Source: an uncultured Caldilineaceae bacterium (lineage in GTDB: Bacteria > Chloroflexota > Anaerolineae > 4572-78 > J111). From it: DNA of 64,000 nt. This document shows, piece by piece, positions 18,237 to 26,753 of the stretch. The first letter of the stretch is position 1. Each line of letters opens with the position of its first letter. The DNA lies in the NCBI GenBank assembly GCA_964622215.1, contig CAZUNT010000009.1, forward strand, positions 2,081-66,080, in the 5' to 3' direction. The notes beneath the pieces were generated by a model, which worked only from the letters and a program-made list of their open reading frames with translations, did not search any database and had not been told where the DNA came from. Both the position numbers and the translations under genes were made by a program.

Positions 18237-18258
18237 ATTTTTTGGGGAGGTTTAAGCA

Positions 18259-19212
18259 ATGGCGCTTTCACTCAATGAACAGGCGTTGATGTTGGCTGAG
18301 GAATTGATCGCCAGAGCCGAGGCGTTGGGCGTGATGGTGCATATCCTGCCGAACGGGACTCGGGTGATCGACTGCGGCATAGACACACCGGGCGGGTTAG
18401 AAGCCGGGCGTTTCTTTGCCGAGGTCTGCATGGGCGGCTTGGGCCGGCTTTCTTTCACCCACCTGGCGCTGGACGGCTGGTGGCTGCCCGCCGTAACCGT
18501 TCACACCGATCAGCCGATGGTGGCTTGTATGGCCGCCCAGTACGCCGGTTGGCAAGTCAATAAGGATAACTACTTTGCCATGGGCAGCGGCCCGGCCCGT
18601 GCTCTGATCCGCGCTGAAGAAAAACTTTACGACGAATTGGCTTACAGCGACCCGGCCCGCGTGGCCGTGTTGTGCCTGGAAGGCCGCACTATCCCGCCGC
18701 CCGAAATTGCCGGCTACATCGCCGAGCGGGCCAAGGTGCCGCCGGAGCACCTGACCCTGTTGATTGCGCCGACGGCCAGCGTGGTCGGCGGTGTTCAGGT
18801 GGCGGCGCGGGTGGTAGAGACCGGCTTGCATAAGCTGCACGAGCTGGGCTTTGACCTGCGCCAGGTCCAGAGCGGCCTGGGAACCTGCCCTCTGCCGCCG
18901 GTGGCCAAAAGCGATATCCGAGCTATAGGCCGCACCAACGACGCCATCCTTTACGCCGGCCAGGTGCATTACACCGTCCGGGCCGACGACGCCGAGCTGG
19001 AGCAAGTGGTCTCTCGTGTGCCGGCCTCAACCTCGCGGGATTACGGTGCGCCCTTCTACGATACCTTTAAGGGTTACAAATACGATTTCTACCAGGTTGA
19101 CCCGCTGCTGTTCAGCCCGGCCGAAATCTTTATGACCAATGTGGTCAGCGGGCACACCTTCCATGCCGGACAAGTGAATGTGGATGTCTTAAAACAGTCG
19201 TTCCTGGAGTAG
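18259..19212 (+). CDS. mch: Methenyltetrahydromethanopterin cyclohydrolase
   Basis: LNEQALMLAEELIARAEALGV..LPNGTRVIDCGIDTPGGLEAG and the 317-aa length match Mch. Confidence 0.9.
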   Translation: MALSLNEQALMLAEELIARAEALGVMVHILPNGTRVIDCGIDTPGGLEAGRFFAEVCMGGLGRLSFTHLALDGWWLPAVTVHTDQPMVACMAAQYAGWQVNKDNYFAMGSGPARALIRAEEKLYDELAYSDPARVAVLCLEGRTIPPPEIAGYIAERAKVPPEHLTLLIAPTASVVGGVQVAARVVETGLHKLHELGFDLRQVQSGLGTCPLPPVAKSDIRAIGRTNDAILYAGQVHYTVRADDAELEQVVSRVPASTSRDYGAPFYDTFKGYKYDFYQVDPLLFSPAEIFMTNVVSGHTFHAGQVNVDVLKQSFLE

Positions 19213-19216
19213 GACT

Positions 19217-20128
19217 TTGAAGGTCGCTATTTTGGGAGCTAACCCCGGCTGGCATGCCGAACAGTTACAGCAAGCACTTCAGGCCCGGGGGCACGAGTCT
19301 ACCCTGCTGCCGATTAACCAAATGGCGGCCCGGGTGGCTCTGACCCCTCGCCTCGGCAGCCTGAGCGCGGACCTGGACGCTTTTGATGTGGTCTTGGTAC
19401 GTTTTATCCCTCGCGGTTCGTTAGAGCAGATTATCTTCCGTATGGATGCGCTGCACTTGCTCGAAAGCCGAGGGATGCGGGTGGTTAACCGGCCCAAAGC
19501 CATCGAACGTACGGTGGATAAGCTCTATACCTCGGGCTTACTCGATCAAGCCGGCCTGCCCACCCCCCGCACCGTCGCCTGCGAAACCAGCGACGATGCC
19601 CTAAAGGCATTCACTGCCCTGGGCGGCGATGTGGTAGTCAAACCATTGTTTGGGGCGATGGGCCTGGGCATCGTCCGGGTGGAAGAGCGGGATGTGGCCT
19701 ATCGGGTGTTCAGGGCGTTGGAATTGGAACGAGCCGTTTACTACTTGCAGGAAACCATCGCCCACAACGGCTGCGATATTCGTGCCTTTATCATTGGCGG
19801 GCGGGTGGTGGCGGCCATGGAGCGGGTCTCGGACGATTGGCGCACCAACGTGGCTCGCGGCGCGTTGACTCGCCCCTGCCGTCTGACGGCCGCGCAGGAG
19901 GAGCTATGCCTGCGGGCTGCCGAGGTGGTTGGGACCGACTATGCCGGGGTAGACTTACTGCCGGCTGTCGATGGCCGGCTTTATATTATCGAGGTGAACA
20001 GTATCCCCGGCTGGAAGGGACTGCAAACGACCAGCCCGGTTAATATTGCCGAGGAGATGGCGATTTACCTTGAAACCGTAGCTAACCAGCCCTTTATAGC
20101 TGACCAGAGGAGTTTTTGCCGGGATTAG
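19217..20128 (+). CDS. mptN: RimK-type ATP-grasp ligase (H4MPT:alpha-L-glutamate ligase MptN-like)
   Basis: MKVAILGANPGWH..., VVKPLFGAMGLGI, YIIEVNSIPGW. TTG start 4 nt after the mch stop. Confidence 0.75.
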   Translation: MKVAILGANPGWHAEQLQQALQARGHESTLLPINQMAARVALTPRLGSLSADLDAFDVVLVRFIPRGSLEQIIFRMDALHLLESRGMRVVNRPKAIERTVDKLYTSGLLDQAGLPTPRTVACETSDDALKAFTALGGDVVVKPLFGAMGLGIVRVEERDVAYRVFRALELERAVYYLQETIAHNGCDIRAFIIGGRVVAAMERVSDDWRTNVARGALTRPCRLTAAQEELCLRAAEVVGTDYAGVDLLPAVDGRLYIIEVNSIPGWKGLQTTSPVNIAEEMAIYLETVANQPFIADQRSFCRD

Positions 20129-20132
20129 GCAC

Positions 20133-20296
20133 CTTACGAGTCAGATTCTTGTACATTGAGCAAGAAGTTGTTACACAGAGAGACACGGAGAAGTCACAGA
20201 GTTTCACGGAGGGATTTTTAGAGCATCTCTGTGCGCTTCGCGTCTGTGAAAACTCCGTGTAACTCCGTGTTCCTTTTTGGTTCTGGCTCGTCCAAG
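20133..20296. mobile_element. MITE-like CACAGAG/CACGGAG-heptamer hairpin element with an 8-bp target-site duplication
   Basis: Direct repeats TTAGGCAC at 20125-20132 and 20297-20304; the left copy contains the mptN TAG stop. Imperfect TIRs CTTACGAGTCAGA / (rc) CTTGGACGAGCCAGA. Confidence 0.65.
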
Positions 20297-20374
20297 TTAG
20301 GCACTTAAGAATCGAGTCGTTGCTCATTGGGCAAGAAAATCATTGCAACCAATTGCGCGAATTAAACAACTTTT

Positions 20375-21268
20375 TTGGAGGGCTATATATTAGAAACGTG
20401 CGCTCTTTCTTTACCGGCCTCCTGGACACCTGACGCCGTTGGCGCGGCGGCGCAGTTGGCCTGCCTGCTGGAAGTCAGCGCCGACAAGCCCGGCAACGTC
20501 ACCCCCACCCACGCCTTCCACGACATGAGCTACGAGGATTTCCTGCGCGGCGCGGTAGCGTTGGGGCCGGAGTTGGCCCGAGCCGGGGAGCGCAGCGCCG
20601 GCGAAACTATCCTGGCGGCGATAAGAGCCACGCGCCGTTGGACCCGGGCCAACACCAACCTGGGCATTGTGCTGCTGTTCGCGCCGCTGGCCCGGGCGGC
20701 TTTGACCGGTCTGGACGGCCTAAGAGATAACCTGGCGGCGACCCTGCGAGGCTTGACGGTAGAGGATGCCCGTTTCACTTATGCCGCCATCCGGCTGGCC
20801 GCGCCGGGCGGCTTAGAAGCCGAGGTGGAGCATGACGTGCGGGCCGAACCCACCATCACCCTGGGCGAAGCCATGGTCAGCGCCGCCCACCGAGACAGTG
20901 TCGCCGCCGAGTATGGCAGCGACTACGCCATTACCTTTGAGCGGGGCCTGCCGGCCTTGCAGGCCAGCCTGGCGAGAGGGATCAACACCGGTCAGGCCGT
21001 GGTGCAGACTTACCTGGAACTGTTGGCCGCCGTGCCCGATACCTTGATTGCCCGCAAACGGGGAGTAGCCGCAGCTCAGGCTGTTTCCAATCAGGCGGTC
21101 CAGGTGTTGGCCGCCGGGGGTGTTTTTACTGCAGAGGGACGCCAAGCTCTGGCTGAGTTGGATATTTATTTGCGGGGGCAGGCGAATAACAGCCTCAACC
21201 CCGGCACAACGGCTGATCTGGTTGCGGCTGCCCTGTTCGTAGCTTTGTTAGAAGGGGTGCTTACATAA
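20375..21268 (+). CDS. Triphosphoribosyl-dephospho-CoA synthase family protein (CitG/MdcB-like, H4MPT-cluster Orf7 type)
   Basis: EVSADKPGNVTP motif and the C-terminal NPGTTADL are typical of the CitG family. The start is uncertain: the TTG at 20375 overlaps a GGAGGG that looks like the real SD. Confidence 0.75.
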   Translation: MEGYILETCALSLPASWTPDAVGAAAQLACLLEVSADKPGNVTPTHAFHDMSYEDFLRGAVALGPELARAGERSAGETILAAIRATRRWTRANTNLGIVLLFAPLARAALTGLDGLRDNLAATLRGLTVEDARFTYAAIRLAAPGGLEAEVEHDVRAEPTITLGEAMVSAAHRDSVAAEYGSDYAITFERGLPALQASLARGINTGQAVVQTYLELLAAVPDTLIARKRGVAAAQAVSNQAVQVLAAGGVFTAEGRQALAELDIYLRGQANNSLNPGTTADLVAAALFVALLEGVLT

Positions 21269-21270
21269 GC

Positions 21271-21556
21271 CTTTATGTAACCAACTTCTTGTATATTGAG
21301 CCAGGCGTTTTAACACAGAGAGCACAAAGAAAACGCCGAGAAACACAGAGTTTCTGGGGACCTTTATGGCAACCGAATGAATTCGGTCGCTGAGATGAAA
21401 AACCTGTTAAAACAGGTTGATTTGGCTCCGCATAACGTGTTTCTAACACGTTTCTCATCTCAGGCTGCGAATTCATTCGCAGACAGTAACTCAGAGAAAA
21501 TTTTTCGATTTTCTCCGTGTTTCTCTGTGTCTTCTCCGTGAACCTCTGTGTAGCCT
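21271..21556. repeat. CACAGAG-type hairpin element carrying a nested insertion (see 21368-21484)
   Basis: The left end CTTCTTGTATATTGAG..ACACAGAGAG parallels 20145-20182. The right arm is CTCCGTGTTTCTCTGTGTCTTCTCCGTG. The loop is interrupted by a 117-bp element. Confidence 0.55.
21368..21484. mobile_element. 117-bp multi-hairpin MITE-like element, family F, copy 1
   Basis: CAACCGAATGAATTCGGTCGCTGAGATG...CATCTCAGGCTGCGAATTCATTCGCAGAC. Nearly identical to 22521-22637. Confidence 0.7.
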
Positions 21557-21581
21557 GAGCATGCCAGGGGACATGAGCCTT

Positions 21582-22073
21582 ATGGAAATTGTCTACAAAC
21601 CAATCGGTATCATTCACACTCCTTTTCATAGTTTGGAAGAAATGCCCATCCAGCCGACGAGCGATGCCAGCCAACCAGGCAGCGTCGAAATCTATCCTGA
21701 CTATATTGATGGGTTGAAGGATTTAGAAGGTTTCTCTCATATTTATCTTCTCTACCATTTTCACAAGGTATACCAGTCAAGATTACTTGTAACCCCCTTT
21801 CTTGATAAAGAGCCGCATGGAATCTTTTCAACTCGTGCGCCTAGCCGCCCAAATCCAATAGGCTTATCTTTAGTGGAAATTGTTCGCATCGAAAATAATT
21901 TCATCCAAATTGCTCAAGTAGACGTACTCGATGGAACCCCCGTTCTGGACCTTAAGCCATACGTGCCTGAATTTGAATCCATTCACGATGTTCGGGTAGG
22001 CTGGCTGGAACAAGCAAAAGGACAAATCCCTACTCGGAAGTCAGACGACCGCTTCAAACAAGTCCTCTCATGA
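21582..22073 (+). CDS. trmO: TsaA/TrmO-like SAM-dependent methyltransferase (YaeB family)
   Basis: YKPIGIIHTPF..., GFSHIYLLYHFH, RPNPIGLSLV, VLDGTPVLDLKPY. The start could be 21561, 21573 or 21582. The gene is AT-richer. Confidence 0.8.
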   Translation: MEIVYKPIGIIHTPFHSLEEMPIQPTSDASQPGSVEIYPDYIDGLKDLEGFSHIYLLYHFHKVYQSRLLVTPFLDKEPHGIFSTRAPSRPNPIGLSLVEIVRIENNFIQIAQVDVLDGTPVLDLKPYVPEFESIHDVRVGWLEQAKGQIPTRKSDDRFKQVLS

Positions 22074-22094
22074 CGAAAGAAGGAGACCCAAGAA

Positions 22095-22463
22095 ATGGAC
22101 ACCCATGGGAAAATTTTAATAATTTTTAATCGACCGCCTTATGACGGTACAGATGTCACATGGAATGGTTTACGACTTGCCGGCAAATTGTTTGAAGCAG
22201 GACAAGAGGTCAGAATTTTCTTAATGAGTGATGCCGTCGATATGGCCCGAGACACCTGTAAACCGCCGGAAGGTTACGATCAAGACCTTGTCCAAATGGT
22301 GAAAAAATTGATCTCAAATGGTGTAGTTGTAAAAGTATGCGGTACATGCATGGCCCGGTGCGGAATTTATAAGAATCAGCCTTATTATGAAGGAACTTAC
22401 CAATCAACTATGCCAGAACTTGCAGCTTGGGTGGTTGATAGTGATAAAGTCATAACATTTTAG
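22095..22463 (+). CDS. DsrE/DsrF-like family protein
   Basis: 122 aa, ILIIFNRPPYDGT...VKVCGTCMARCG. DsrE-fold pattern. Confidence 0.7.
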   Translation: MDTHGKILIIFNRPPYDGTDVTWNGLRLAGKLFEAGQEVRIFLMSDAVDMARDTCKPPEGYDQDLVQMVKKLISNGVVVKVCGTCMARCGIYKNQPYYEGTYQSTMPELAAWVVDSDKVITF

Positions 22464-22520
22464 TGACCAAAATTTTTGTTCTAATCCGTGTCAATCAGTG
22501 TTTATCCGTGTGACAAGATG

Positions 22521-22637
22521 ACAACCGAATGAATTCGGTCGCTGAGATGAAAAACCTGTTAGAAACAGGTTGATTTGGCCCCAAATAACGTGTTTCTAAC
22601 ACGTTTCCCGTCTCAGGCTGCGAATTCATTCGCAGAC
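22521..22637. mobile_element. 117-bp multi-hairpin MITE-like element, family F, copy 2 (same orientation as copy 1)
   Basis: Differs from 21368-21484 at only a handful of positions. Confidence 0.7.
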
Positions 22638-22786
22638 ATTGAATTACCGAATGCTTTCTATTCTGTTTGGCGTTGGCTTGGTCAGATTAGTAGATATTGA
22701 CATCATCTTGCTGAGGCGTGAAATTTTTGGATCGCTCTGTTCTAAAAATTGGATCGTTTGTTTGAAAGAATTAACGCATCTAAATA

Positions 22787-23359
22787 ATGTTTTCTAAACG
22801 GTTTAAACAGATTTTTTATCCCGATAAATTTTGGAAAAGGGAAGAACTTCTTGGTTTCGATTCCCCCCTTCCTGATAAGCCCGGAATTTATGCCTGGTAT
22901 TTTTGCTCATATCCATCAGTGATCCCGGTTCATGATGTTTACCACTATCAAGATATTCCCTTGCTTTATGTGGGTGTTGCTCCTTCCCGTCCAGATAGTA
23001 AGAGCAATTTGAAGAAAAGGATACAGCAACACTTCAGAAGTAATGCATATGGTTCAACTTTAAGATTAACACTGGGCTGTTTGCTGGGTTTAGAATTAAG
23101 ACGAGTAAGCACAACTCGAATGACATTTACTAAAAGTGGGGAACAGTGGTTATCAGAATGGCTATCTAAAAATGCGTTTGTCGTATGGCAACAAGAAGAT
23201 GAACCGTGGTATTTAGAAGAACAAATACTTGCAGAAATATCTTTGCCTTTGAACCTGCGGGGAAACGAAGCCCATCCTTTCTATTCAATATTGACGGAAT
23301 TACGTCAACAAGCAAAGCAGCGAGCGCAAAGCTTGCCAATCTTAATTGAACGAATATGA
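22787..23359 (+). CDS. GIY-YIG-like nuclease-family protein
   Basis: PGIYAWYF...LLYVGVAPSR...LKKRIQQHF resembles GIY-(x)n-YVG..R..H. AT-rich ORF of 190 aa. Confidence 0.55.
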   Translation: MFSKRFKQIFYPDKFWKREELLGFDSPLPDKPGIYAWYFCSYPSVIPVHDVYHYQDIPLLYVGVAPSRPDSKSNLKKRIQQHFRSNAYGSTLRLTLGCLLGLELRRVSTTRMTFTKSGEQWLSEWLSKNAFVVWQQEDEPWYLEEQILAEISLPLNLRGNEAHPFYSILTELRQQAKQRAQSLPILIERI

Positions 23360-23377
23360 AACCATCCTAAAATAGGA

Positions 23378-23442
23378 CACAGATTCACACAGATTTCGTA
23401 GATTATGTCAAAAAATTAAGAGAAAATCTGGGTGAATCTGTG
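23378..23442. repeat. CACAGAT-heptamer palindrome
   Basis: CACAGATTCACACAGATTT ... AAATCTGGGTGAATCTGTG. Confidence 0.6.
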
Positions 23443-23533
23443 CAAAAAGTAAGAAAACCCCTAATCTCCTAATCCCGGCCCTAAAATGGGTGTTTTTTAC
23501 GAGTCTGGTGAGTAGTTACGAGGAACATAACCC

Positions 23534-25024
23534 ATGAACGGTGAACATGTTTATATTGCCCTGGGCAGCAACTTAGGTGACCGGCGGGCCAACCTGATTG
23601 ATGCCATCAGCCAGTTACGCCAAAAAGTAACGGTTGAGCAGAGTTCTTCGGTGTACGAAACCGAACCGGCTTACGTTACCGACCAGCCCCGTTTCTACAA
23701 TATGGTTCTGCGCGGCCGTACCCAGTTAGCGCCCGAAGAACTGCTCCGCTTCCTTAAAAGTATTGAGCGGCGGATGGGCCGGCAGCGGCTCAAACGCTAC
23801 GGACCGCGGCCGATTGATCTGGATATTCTGACCTATGGCAACCTGCAGTTTGATACGCCCGACCTGACCATCCCCCACCCCCGGATTGCCGAGCGAGCCT
23901 TCGTGTTGGCCCCTTTCGCCGAAATTGACCCTGACCTGAAACTCCCCGGCCTGACCCAGAGCATCGCCGAGTTGTGGCGACAACTCGACGGTGGAGGCTA
24001 CGGGCAGGTGGTGCAAGTGATGCAAAAATTGACCATGCACGTGGGGCGTGATCTGCAGGCCGAGCGCCCTCCGGTCCACCTCGGCCTGACTCACGTGGGG
24101 GTCAGCGGGATCAAACGTATTGTGCGCCTGATCGGCGAGGAACGGGATGATCTCTTCTACGCCGAAATCGACCTGTCGGTTGAGTTAGGGCCGGAGCAAA
24201 AGGGCGCCCACCTGTCGCGTTTTAGCGATACGGTATCAGAAATTATTGACGCAATTAGCAATGAGCGGACCCCAACCCTGGAGGTTCTGGCTGAGCGGTT
24301 AGCCCAAGAGGTGCTAAAGGGGCAAAGCGGAATCCGGTCTGACGTCCATATTCGGGCCAGGTTTCCCCAGGAACGTTATGCCCCTGTGTCGGGCAAGTTG
24401 ACCCAGGAAATTTATACCCTGATTGGCCTCGCGGCCGCTACCAGGGAGCGGACAGCGCGTTTGGTTGGGGTGGAAGCGGAAGGCACGATGGCCAGCCCAT
24501 CGGCGCAGGAGATGATTGCCGGCCAGGCCCAGGAGCGGCTGCTGGAGGCCGGTTTTAGTGTTGAACAAGTGGAGCGAGTGCTGGAGATCGTCCCGCTAGC
24601 CACTCACAATCAGCGGGGACGCGGCACTTTGCTGGTGGGCGCCGGCTATCCCATCCGGGCGCAGGAACTGGTCCACATTGTGGAGGGGGCCATGAGCAGC
24701 GAAAGTTACGATCTACTCAAACGCCCCGACGAGCTATTTGTGGTAGCCAAGGCCCACCGCCACCCCCGCCTGGTCGAAGATGCGGTGCGGGAAATCATTT
24801 TGGGCCTGATTGAGCTGTATCCTGACCTGCCTGATGATACCTTTGTTCTGGCCCGCCAGGTTAACCTTGAAACCATTCATAAACATGATGTTTATGCCGA
24901 GCGGACCGGCGTCCTCGGCGAACTCCGGCATGAACTCACCAACAGTAGTTACGTCACCCCCCATACCACCCTGGACTCCTGGTTACGAGTACAACTGAAT
25001 CTCGAAAGAAATAACATTCTATAA
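23534..25024 (+). CDS. folK/mptA: Fusion protein: HPPK (FolK) N-terminal domain + GTP cyclohydrolase FolE2/MptA-family C-terminal domain
   Basis: N-terminus VYIALGSNLGDR...GPRPIDLDIL...IPHPRI (HPPK). C-terminus KGAHLSRF ... ATHNQRGRG (type IB / MptA family). Confidence 0.8.
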   Translation: MNGEHVYIALGSNLGDRRANLIDAISQLRQKVTVEQSSSVYETEPAYVTDQPRFYNMVLRGRTQLAPEELLRFLKSIERRMGRQRLKRYGPRPIDLDILTYGNLQFDTPDLTIPHPRIAERAFVLAPFAEIDPDLKLPGLTQSIAELWRQLDGGGYGQVVQVMQKLTMHVGRDLQAERPPVHLGLTHVGVSGIKRIVRLIGEERDDLFYAEIDLSVELGPEQKGAHLSRFSDTVSEIIDAISNERTPTLEVLAERLAQEVLKGQSGIRSDVHIRARFPQERYAPVSGKLTQEIYTLIGLAAATRERTARLVGVEAEGTMASPSAQEMIAGQAQERLLEAGFSVEQVERVLEIVPLATHNQRGRGTLLVGAGYPIRAQELVHIVEGAMSSESYDLLKRPDELFVVAKAHRHPRLVEDAVREIILGLIELYPDLPDDTFVLARQVNLETIHKHDVYAERTGVLGELRHELTNSSYVTPHTTLDSWLRVQLNLERNNIL

Positions 25025-25053
25025 AGAAAGGAGGGAAGCGGAAAGATAAAACG

Positions 25054-26100
25054 ATGATCAGAGACTCAAACAGCCAATCTGGCCGGGGCAATCCGGCGGT
25101 CACAGGCTGGGATATTGGGGGAGTTAATCTTAAAGCGGCCCGGTTGAGCGCCGCCGGCCTGCAAGTCGTCCAGCAGCCCTTTGCTATCTGGCAGCGACGT
25201 GACGACCTAACTCAAGCCCTTATCCGGCTTTCAGCCCAGCTTGGACCGGCCTCTCGTGTGGCCGTGACGATCACGGCTGAACTTTCCGATGCTTTTCGGA
25301 CCAAGCGTGAAGGCATCACCTTTGTGCTTGACGCGATCCAGGCGGCCCTGCCTGAAACGGAACTAAAGATTTTTGGTCTGGACGGAAAGTTTCATGCTCC
25401 GGCCCTGGCCTATGAGCAGCCGATGTTGGTGGCCGCCGCCAATTGGTTAGCTACGGCCCTGCTGGTAGCGCGCGAGGTGGCCGACTGCTTGTTGGTGGAC
25501 ATTGGCAGTACCACAACCGATATTATTCCTATCGGCGGGGGTAAGGTGCTGGCCGAGGGCCGCAATGACCCGGAGCGGTTGGTCCGGGGTGAATTGCTTT
25601 ACACCGGCGCTCTGCGCACCCCCATCTGCGCCATTGTGCCGCGTGTCCCCTTGTGGGGTGGTTGGTGCCCGGTCGCCGCCGAACTTTTCGCCACGGCTCA
25701 AGATGTTCACCTGCTGCTGGGCTACCTGCTCGCCGAGTTGTGTACCAGCCCCAGCGCCGATAGCCGTCCGGCGACGCCGGAGTTCGCCTTGGAACGGTTG
25801 GCCCGCGTGGTTTGCGCCGACAGAGAGCTACTGAGCGGGGCAGAAGTTCGGGCGATAGCGCAGTATATCGCCGCCGAGCAGGTTCACCAGATTGCCGGGG
25901 CCGTCACCCAGGTGCTGTCGAGGGTCAAAATTGATGGCCCTGTCGTGGCGGTAGGCGTAGGGGCATTTTTGGCCGAGGCTGCCGCCGCCCGGCTGGGCTT
26001 GGACTATCTGCGCCCGGCTGCTCTGGGGGATGAAGCGGCCGGCATCGCCGCGCCGGCAGTGGCGGTGGCGATGCTTCTCAACGAACCAGATCATGTTTGA
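25054..26100 (+). CDS. Hydantoinase-A-like protein of the H4MPT-linked C1 pathway (Orf21 / TIGR03123 type)
   Basis: GWDIGGVNLKAA..., LLVDIGSTTTDIIPI. ASKHA-fold motifs in the cluster context. Confidence 0.7.
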   Translation: MIRDSNSQSGRGNPAVTGWDIGGVNLKAARLSAAGLQVVQQPFAIWQRRDDLTQALIRLSAQLGPASRVAVTITAELSDAFRTKREGITFVLDAIQAALPETELKIFGLDGKFHAPALAYEQPMLVAAANWLATALLVAREVADCLLVDIGSTTTDIIPIGGGKVLAEGRNDPERLVRGELLYTGALRTPICAIVPRVPLWGGWCPVAAELFATAQDVHLLLGYLLAELCTSPSADSRPATPEFALERLARVVCADRELLSGAEVRAIAQYIAAEQVHQIAGAVTQVLSRVKIDGPVVAVGVGAFLAEAAAARLGLDYLRPAALGDEAAGIAAPAVAVAMLLNEPDHV

Positions 26101-26749
26101 TGCCTTAGTCAAGATAGGGGGGAGTCTATATCACCAGCCTGAGCTGCCGGTTATGGCCGTTGCCTGGGCCAAACTGGCGAAGGTGTATCGCCTGCTGTTC
26201 CTGCCGGGCGGAGGCCCCTTCGCTGATCAGGTGCGAGCTGCCGATGCTCGTTTCCAGTTAAGCGACAGCGCCGCCCATTGGATGGCGATTCTGGCTATGG
26301 ATCAGTACGCTTACCTGCTGGCGGACTTAACTCCCCAGGCTAACCTGGTGCGCGATATAACGGCGGCAGCGGCTGCATGCGCCGCAGGACGGCCGGCTAT
26401 CCTGGCCCCTTCAGCCCTGTTGCTCCAATCCGACCCGCTGCCTCATAGCTGGCACACTACCTCGGATTCGATTGCGGCCTGGCTGGCGGAGTACGCCGGG
26501 ATTCGCCTGTTGATTCTACTGAAAAGTATCGCCGGAGTTTACGAAACTGACCCACAGAGCAACGTATCCGTGCTTCTGGGCCAAGTTTCAAGGCCAACCT
26601 TAGCCAAGCACGACTTGGTTGACCCTTATTTTGGGCAAACCTTATCATCGGCGACTCGGTGCTGGCTAATCGATGGCCGCTACCCGGAGCGACTGGCTGA
26701 ATTGCTGGACTCGGGTCATACCGAGGGTACTGAAATAGTGGAGGTGTAA
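26093..26749 (+). CDS. Amino-acid-kinase-fold protein (H4MPT-cluster Orf20 type)
   Basis: MFDALVKIGGSLY..., FLPGGGPFAD. The ATG at 26093 overlaps the upstream stop by 8 nt. Confidence 0.65.
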   Translation: MFDALVKIGGSLYHQPELPVMAVAWAKLAKVYRLLFLPGGGPFADQVRAADARFQLSDSAAHWMAILAMDQYAYLLADLTPQANLVRDITAAAAACAAGRPAILAPSALLLQSDPLPHSWHTTSDSIAAWLAEYAGIRLLILLKSIAGVYETDPQSNVSVLLGQVSRPTLAKHDLVDPYFGQTLSSATRCWLIDGRYPERLAELLDSGHTEGTEIVEV

Positions 26750-26753
26750 AGAT

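Noticed and set aside
21273-21674. A 133-aa ORF on the - strand upstream of trmO.
   Set aside because: It is composed almost entirely of the nested MITE/hairpin repeats and overlaps the trmO 5' end. It has no coding signature.
10276-23520. The two AT-richer islands considered as a prophage or integrative element.
   Set aside because: No integrase, transposase, tRNA target or phage structural genes are visible. Only MITE-like repeats and isolated nuclease-like ORFs are present, so I describe them as accessory islands without assigning a mobility mechanism.
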